Positions 56,238 through 64,000 of a DNA stretch of 64,000 nucleotides are shown here, in pieces. The position numbers and the translations under genes are program-made. The number at the start of each line of letters is the position of its first letter. Position 1 is the stretch's first letter. The DNA comes from Eledone cirrhosa (taxonomy: Eukaryota), in the NCBI GenBank assembly GCA_964016885.1, contig OZ024742.1, positions 98,022,001-98,086,000 of the forward strand, read 5' to 3'. The notes under the pieces are model-generated. The model ran no database searches. It was given only the letters and a program-made list of their open reading frames with translations, and was not told where the DNA came from.

Positions 56238-56640
56238 ATATTTCTTTAAAGCATTTGGCAATTCCTAGTTGATAAATCATAAACAATGATTGAATCATAC
56301 ACCTGCATTTTACCATATATAGTGATATTACATGGAAAGACGAGTTTTGGTTTTAGTTAACGTTTATTTAGTTGCTTTTGATCAATATATGTTCAGTGAA
56401 ACAAAAATGTTTACAACCATTGTTATTGGTAAGAAAATATTTGACCTATATTTGTTCCTACTCTGTTGACAGTGACCCAAGTTCTTTTAATTTCATTAAA
56501 AACGGAAAAGCAGTCTTTGAACTCAATTTCGAATATAGGAGGAACACTTTAAAAATGAGTTTTATTTTCGAATTCAACGCCGCTAAATTAGTAAAGATGA
56601 ACTGTTCGGGTCACATTGTAGGCCAGCGTTATCTTAGGAT

Positions 56641-56755
56641 AATTGTTTCTAGTTTTGGCACAAGGCCAGCAATTACCCAGTGTATTAATAGTACTTTATT
56701 TTATCAACCCCATAAGGATAAAAGGCAAAGTTAACCTCGGCGGGATTTGAACTCA
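56641..56755 (-). mobile_element. 5'-truncated SINE with 15-bp TSD ttatcttaggataat
   Basis: TSD at 56629-56643 and 56756-56770. Confidence 0.9.
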
Positions 56756-57939
56756 TTATCTTAGGATAATGTAAAACAAAACCTACGCCAGAATGCAAAT
56801 ATGCATATACAACAACCTGATTTAGTGATCACTTAGAAGTGAATAGATACGGAAGGCTATATAATCTAGAAGAAAGACATGGTGATCTTTTATGACGTCC
56901 TAGCAGTGAACATCTGTATTTTGCCTAGATAATATTATTTGTGTTTTATATTTAAAATAGTGTGATGTGATGCTATGTCTAGAGGAGATAATGTAAAGCT
57001 CCTTCGCTGTTACCTGTTAATATAAGTGTTCAGGTAAACTCGGCTATTCTATCAATGCAAAGGAATCTTTAATGAATATGTTTTTTCTTTTGTTCTAGTA
57101 GATTGTGTAGTGTATATCAGCTACCAGTGCCTTATAGTATGGAGAGTAACGTGTTAAATTACTTGAGACAATATTTGTTTATGTGCTTGATTTCAGCATT
57201 AACTATATTATATTTAGTTGAATAGCTGATAAATTGTGTCAAAATATGGTATTTCTCTGCCAAACAAAGATCACTTTTCTTGGCACATTCATGGTAAGCT
57301 TTGGCAAGCTCAGTGATTGACCCTTTTATTGCTATAGTGATTTTGCTTTTCTCTCTTAATAACTAAATAGGGTAATACAGAGGCAGGTAGTTTTAAAGAC
57401 GCTAGTTCCTGGTGTATAAGAAATGTTAAACATAATTCCTGTGAACTTACGTAAAATTGGTTTTGATAACATTCTTAGCATTACCATAGTATGATAAACA
57501 AAAAAACTTTCCTAATATTCTCTCTTTAACATGGTCACTAGTTTACGTTTTTGCACATTCATTACGATTCTGCGATAAGATTAACCTTTAATAATATTTA
57601 CTCTATATCAAGCTCCACGTAAAATAAATAAATCTGATTTTCATATTTTATTTTAGGTTGTTGCACATATCAACACTGATCGAGTATATATATGATCAAA
57701 AGTATTCCAGCCATCTCATTTATTTTTTTTTATTTTCAGAAATGATTAGTCAAGGATAACACAATATATCTGTACGGAAAAATTCAGGATTCCGATGGCT
57801 ATACTCCGGCCGTTTTGACAGCTAGATTCTAAACAGTTCGGATCTTTTCATATTACCTACTCTACTACCTCAAGTATTGAGTACTCTGGCGTGTCATGGT
57901 CCACCTGCTATCTTACCACACCCTCTTTGTTATATATAT

Positions 57940-58022
57940 ATAGGAACAAGTAAGACCCTGACGGCTGAGCTCAAGCCGTTTCGACGGTTGAGCTCAGCCG
58001 TCAGGGTCTTACTTGTTCCTAT
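57940..58022. repeat. Near-perfect 39-bp hairpin (TTCG loop) between about 88-bp direct repeats
   Basis: ataggaacaagtaagaccctgacggctgagctcaa(g)ccgt-ttcg-acggttgagctcagccgtcagggtcttacttgttcctat. Confidence 0.95.
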
Positions 58023-58261
58023 TACCCACTCTACTACCCTAAGTATTGAGTACTTTAGTGCGTTATGGTCCACCTGGTTCCTTACCACATTTCCTTCGTT
58101 ATATATATATATATATATACATATAAATATAAGAAAAATGGAGTGCTGCGTGGATCACATGGGTTACAAATGAATAAAATTAGTCCTTCATCAGTGATCT
58201 TCCAACCTTCATTGGTATTTCATCGCTTTAAAAATCATATACTTCTGGTTGGTGCGAGCAA

Positions 58262-59098
58262 TCTATATATATAAAACTGTGGTTGTCTGTCTGTCTATCG
58301 ATTTTTGGCACACATCTCCTCTTAGAATCTCTGACGGAATTGCACCGAAATTGCTATACATTGAGCCCTAGCGAAGACATCGGAAAAAAAAAATTTCAAA
58401 TTGATCCACCCTATGTGACGAAATCAAATATAATGTATCGATTTTTGAGCGTAAGTTATCAGTTATTTCCCTTTGTTCTGTTTACATTGAGCGTCTTACG
58501 TAAACAAATTACGAGCCAGCTAAATATTGACCTGCAAAATTCATCAGTTCGAACACTAAGCTTCCGTTTTGCATCATTTCCATTTAAAAGCATTTTAAAA
58601 CAATATTTTTACTTGAAAACAAGTCTATTTAAAGACTACGTAAAACAAGCAAATATTTCGTCGTTAGGCGTGCAGACAGACAGTCGTGCAGAGAGGTGAT
58701 ATAGGCGTGCAGACAGACAGTCGTGCAGAGAGGTGATATAGGCGTGCAGACAGACAGTCGTGCAGAGAGGTGATATAGGCGTGCAGACAGACATAACTGA
58801 TAATTTGGTTACGCTAATGTTTTTCTCTGCGTTGCAGTGTTTACATTTTCGATCTTTGTTAATAAATAACCAGTGCAGTTTCTATCCCCAGCATCCTCTT
58901 TTGTTATAACATTCGGGTTATCGTTATGCTTTCTTAACTTCATAAGGCATATTGTTGGTTGAGGGAATATTAATCAAAAACACCACATGCAAGTCTGCAC
59001 AATAGACACTACAGTTTTTAAGCCAAGAAAGAAACTTAACATTGTAACTTTAACACAGCTACTGAGCGACCCCGAGCAACGCCGGGCTTTACTGCTAG
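58262..59098 (+). mobile_element. Non-autonomous Helitron-like element with 37-bp tandem repeat (58665-58793)
   Basis: A|TCTATATATATAAA start, (GTCT)n, 3' hairpin cccgagcaacgccggg then CTAG|T; no TSD. Confidence 0.8.
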
Positions 59099-59236
59099 TA
59101 ACTAAATAAAGTTATTGGGACAAGTAAATTAGCGTGAAGCGAGCGAGACGTGTAAACAAACAAAGATGGTATTGGAACGCAAAGATAAGAAGAGACAAGC
59201 ACATGATATCTATAAGCTTAAGCTTAGTGAAATCAT

Positions 59237-59280
<44 letters not shown>

Positions 59281-59352
59281 CCTGGTGGTGCTATTAAGTT
59301 AGACATGCCTGGGCCCAATACTGGCCAAAACCTATCAAACTTATACATGTAT

Positions 59353-59433
<81 letters not shown>

Positions 59434-59599
59434 AGAGTAGTTAAGACTGGGTTATTTCACCATAATTGTTTTATTGCATGGTATATATTACTGTTACTTG
59501 GTTAGGCATGTGCCGTCATGAAACGCTTGTGTAATCATAAGTGTAGGTATGCAATCATTAGGATATGCAGTTGATCATATATTTCCATCCTGTTTTGAT

Positions 59600-62115
59600 G
59601 CCAGCAGACATACGAATCGCTTTTCTTATTAAGTCCTGGTAGTATATGCATCACCCTTCTGATTGGCTGATCATGTAGGGTCCGGGTAATGTTCCCATAC
59701 TTAATTTTTCACATTAACCTCTAGCATTTGAAATAGTCTTGCCATCTCCACATTTTATTTTGAATGATTGGTGATTTTTTAAACCTCATAAGGCGCAATA
59801 TTCATGTCATTTGGTATGGCTCCGTCTATCATCTGAAAATATGTGCTTTCCCACTTCAATGTCTGCTCAGCCATGTTTCACTACACTATCAGTCTAAAAA
59901 TCATATCCCTAGCATACCGTTGCCTATCCATGCCCCTACATTATGTAGAATTCTCTATTACTCTGTATTAGTATTTCAGATATAACTACCAATGAAGATA
60001 CAAACAGACTTTATCATGGCGACGCATGTATTATTTTTGCGCAAGACACTCATATCCTCTAACCAAGTGGGTTACATTTTTCACTGTCGCTTGATAGAGT
60101 TTACATTTCTGGGTATCAGAAATTTTCTACTTACGGAATTGGTAGCAGGAGCTTGATTTTGTGGTGCGACTAAAAGGCTTTCAGTGGAATGCTTCAAATT
60201 ACCTTTCTTAAGATATGACCATCATGTTATTTCACCCTTGATATTCTTCGTCTTTCCTTTAAATGGCCCTCGCATTCTCATTTCCAGAAGTTCTTTTCTC
60301 TTGTCTTCAACATTTTGTTTAAACACTTCTTCACCAACCATTGTGTCTGCATTCACACTCATATCCTCTGCTGCATATTGCAACAATTCTTCGTTACTGT
60401 TTACGTAATATTCTGCAAATATTCTCCTTTTACGCCTTATACAATAATCCACATTCACGAGACTACGCTCATTCTTTCTCATCATGTACAATCTATTTCT
60501 ATTTGATTTAGGCTGTAAATACCGTACAATGTCCTTAAAGTTTTTGTCATTCTATCCACATTTGCTATTTCCTCAGTCCACCTGAAAATAGACGCACTAT
60601 ATCTAGAAACTGCGACTGCCTCGATATCCATTGCAGTGACTAGATTTCTCACATTTAGGTTTAATGTTTACATCATTTTCATTACTTTTTAAATATGACC
60701 TAACTTTTTCTTTCATTTCTGCATGTAAAATGTCATCTAGTTCTAGATACTACAAATATGTGTATCCACTATCTCTCGGTTCCCCTAAGGTTTTTCCCGA
60801 TGGCAACCTTAATCAATTTCAGGCTGCTTTTTTCCACTTTTCATATTGAGCACAGCACATCTGGAGATCTTAGAATCCATAATGATGTCACGGCTACATA
60901 TCTGGAAGGCTTTGACCAAATAATCCATCTGGCTTTCGGTTTCCGCAAATAGTTTAAAGTCATCCATAAGTAGGCGATTGAAAATGAATGGTCCTTTCTT
61001 TCCCAATATTGGTAATCCATTTTACCTGTCCTAATTGTCAGTGTTATAGATATAAGCTCAATAACAAATTGTAATGGGGAAAATGAGTCACCCCAGAAGA
61101 TACCACTTTTAGTATCTACTTCTCCAAGGCATAGATTGCTCAAGTACAACTTGGTCATTCTTCCACTCAAGCACACTATTCACAAGAAAATGTGTGATAT
61201 AGTCAGCAATACCAAACATCTGCAGGCATTCGACAATCCAAAAATTTCGCACCATATCATTTGCTTTCACCATTTCATCATTTGCTTTCACCATTTCATC
61301 ATTTGCAACACAAGCCATAAACATATTCGTATGATGTCTTCTACAATGCCTTTTGTAACCCGAGATCTTCCACTACACACTTTTTGTTCATTTGGTAATG
61401 TTACTTGTTGTAAAGGTAATGTCTATGCTAATATCCCAGTAATAACCTTCCATATTAAGTCAGGCATTACCCTCACATCAGCTATTATAAGCGTAGTTTT
61501 TCCCATTACCAGCCAATAGATAGTTGTATTTCTCTGGAGATATTCATTCAATTGAGTTGGCAGTCTTTCATAAACCGAATTGCATATCTTTAAACAAAAG
61601 CAATGGTTCCTATCTAGACCAGGAGCTTTACAGTTTGGTACCTTGGCCACTTGATATTTCACATCACTTGGTAATATTCTCTGTTTATTTACTCATCGGA
61701 ACATTGTCTTGATGGTTTCTATCCACACGATATCCCTTCCACGCCTCACAGTGTTTCTCCTTTCCCATTCCCAAACTCCTGGGATTAGTCAGCATTAAGA
61801 ACAGCATCTATCCTATTGTCTACTTTTAAATTACGAAATAATTGTTTTGGATTATTTTGGAAAAATGTATTCCCCTCTAACTGCTTAGTTCTCTTCACGT
61901 ATCTTCTTATCATCTGGCCTTTCGATAAAATCCCGTTTTAATTGTTCTATTACTGTAGAAGATCCATTCTTCCGTATTTTATATTTCTTGTCTAATTGTT
62001 CTCGATCGGTGTTTTTCCCCATTTTGCATTTTCCATTTTCCTGTAAAGTGTTGCTCAATTTTATTTAGATTTTGCCTTAACCGCATTATGTCATTTCCAA
62101 TGCAGCGTATCCACC
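59600..62115 (-). mobile_element. Decayed R4/Dong-clade LINE
   Basis: VPNCKAPGLD...WLVMGKTTLI; GIFWGDSFSPLQFVI; LLMDDFKLFA; downstream Cys/RLE remnants. Confidence 0.85.
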
Positions 62116-62249
62116 ATGGTTCTTTTATCTTACCCCCTTTGTCTTCATCAGGGCAATAGCTCGGATAAGGTTGTTATTATTATCATTATTGTTTTTATTA
62201 TTATTCTTGTTATTATTATTATTATTATGAAGAAGAAGAAGAAGAAGAA

Positions 62250-62580
62250 GAAGAATATCATGTCTCAACATCTTCTTTTGGAAAGGAATGACAGCCAGTT
62301 TTCATCTGTCTGGTGGGTGAAAGTAGCGAGAATAGTCTGAATGAAGCACGTTACCATGTGTAGGAGTTCAGAGGGGAGAAACGTGCCCTCTTAGGGTGCT
62401 CATGTAGGGTAGTGGGTTTAGTTCGCTGTGGTTCCTAAGTCCCCTTGGTTTGTACTCCCCATCATTGGGATATTGTATTGTTATGTATTTTATTATATTT
62501 CTCTCTTGGTTTTATGTAAACAACTACTGTCTCCGTTTTTGTATTGTCCTTCGTGTTTCGGCCCTTGTGGTCAATAAATA
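62250..62580 (+). mobile_element. Possible L1/Tx1-type 3' end
   Basis: Short ORF end WWVKVARIV*, then a UTR ending ggcccttgtggtcaataaa; recognised only by resemblance. Confidence 0.3.
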
Positions 62581-62584
62581 AATA

Positions 62585-63170
62585 ATTATTATTATTATTC
62601 CTACTTATTTGCACAGTGATGATCTAATTTACTCTGGGTGATTTAATTGACTCCCTATCAAATTATGTAACTTCAGATAGAGAGCACATTCCACAAGAGA
62701 TTTTCTGTTTACAAAAGTTGATTTCTGCAATGTCGCAATGCTGGGGCCGATCTCAATTCTATCGAGATTTTTCTAGATGTTTTCTGCCACCGATTCAAGT
62801 GACAATCACAATTGATACCACACTTGCTGTGATATTCCACATCATCACGACATATATTCTCAAGTCTATGTACTTTACGACTTTCTCATTTTCTTTGCCA
62901 TTCAGGTAATGGTCTTCTGGGCGAGTTACATCGATCAACAAACATTTCATTTCACTACCTTTCTCCACCAAAGTTCTGTCCGGCCTTGTATTTTCCAGAA
63001 CTAAATTTCTGGATTGTAAAATCCCAGAAGTGCTTCATAGTCTGATTTTCTAGGACCTTCTCTGGTTTATGCTGATCCCATTTCTCAGTGTCTGCAAACC
63101 CATATTTCTTGCGAAAAGACAAATGGAGGTATAAACACATTTTATCGGGAGGCCTTTTATATTTCCTCTT
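62585..63170 (-). mobile_element. R4/Dong-clade 3' fragment (RLE) ending in (TAA)n
   Basis: KWDQHKPEKVLENQTMKHFWDFTIQ; KCLLIDVTRPED...KENEKVVKYIDL. Confidence 0.8.
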
Positions 63171-63496
63171 CACATTATAATTATTTATGTTGAAGTGATT
63201 GTTGCTGCTGTTTGATTTTGTAGTTATATAATTGTGTTTTGTCAATGGAAAATAGATGTACACTCAAGGATACGAAAAACTAACAGATTTTTACATAAAT
63301 TTTAGTCTCAGGAACATCAATCATTAACTCAGCATTAAAAAGAACAAAAAGGTTGTTTAATCGATATGAAGTTTAATATATAAATTGTGAAATGTTTTCT
63401 CCATTTTTTAAGGAAATTAATTCGTTTTCATTTCAGAATTTCTATATTTACTATTTTCCAAATCATGTTTTTTTTTTTTCCGTTAGTATTAATACT

Positions 63497-63660
63497 CGCA
63501 GGCATAGCTCTCTGGTAAGTAGTACATTTCGCAACCACGTGGTTTCAGGTTCAGTCAAACTGCTAGGCTTTTTTGGCAAGTCATTCCTTATATAGTCTCG
63601 GATGGACCAATGTCACCTGAATGGAATATGTTCGATGGAAATTGGAGAAGTCCTTCATAT
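63497..63660 (+). mobile_element. Degraded CORE-type tRNA SINE
   Basis: A/B-box-like head, ttggcaagtcattc core, tail running into (TA)n. Confidence 0.55.
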
Positions 63661-63808
63661 ATATATATATATATATAACTCTAAGGTAAAAGACTAATTG
63701 TCAACAATATCTTTTGCATTTGCATTCTTTATTCTATGTCCATACCTGCATTGTTTTGGCTTTATTATACATATACAAACGTTTATACCTCATTACAAAG
63801 TGCTTCAA

Positions 63809-64000
63809 GTGAATAATAACCTCCTCCTTTCCTTACGCCTGAGCCAGGCCCAGTTCACAACTGTAAAGAAACTCATCCAGCTATCTGAAAAGCGCGCCAA
63901 AGCCGACTGCCAAATAAACTTCCTAAAACGATGCCTGAATAACAACATCATCCCCAAAACTATCAACAATTTGCACCTACCAACATGCCTCAAATCACCA
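63809..64000 (+). mobile_element. Start of a Penelope-like ORF running off the window
   Basis: Open frame ...KRAKADCQINFLKRCLNNNIIPKTIN... resembles the PLE N-terminal FLxxCxxxxIIPK motif. Confidence 0.65.

Overview
AT-rich eukaryotic intergenic or intronic DNA with very many microsatellites. It is very probably cephalopod (Octopus-like), judged from the recurring tRNA-derived SINE families. I can support no intact host protein-coding gene; most ORFs in the supplied track are microsatellite artefacts. The window holds many decayed transposons: a near full-length Penelope-like element (PLE; RT plus GIY-YIG) and two PLE fragments, a 5'-truncated RTE LINE with three C-terminal C2H2 fingers, other RTE pieces, HERO-, R4/Dong- and CRE-like RLE LINE remnants, mariner and piggyBac-like remnants, two non-autonomous Helitron-like elements and more than 15 SINE copies. 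The main hidden signal is RNA structure. About 20 hammerhead ribozyme (HHR) or HHR-like motifs of several unrelated sequence families sit in short PLE-type modules beside (TA)n tracts. Many have palindromic helix III, two families show covarying helix II, and several lie in inverted repeats. Separately, the 3' UTR of the HERO-like LINE contains all hammerhead core elements in a non-standard, pseudoknotted strand order. All structure calls were made by eye and need folding, covariance and cleavage tests.
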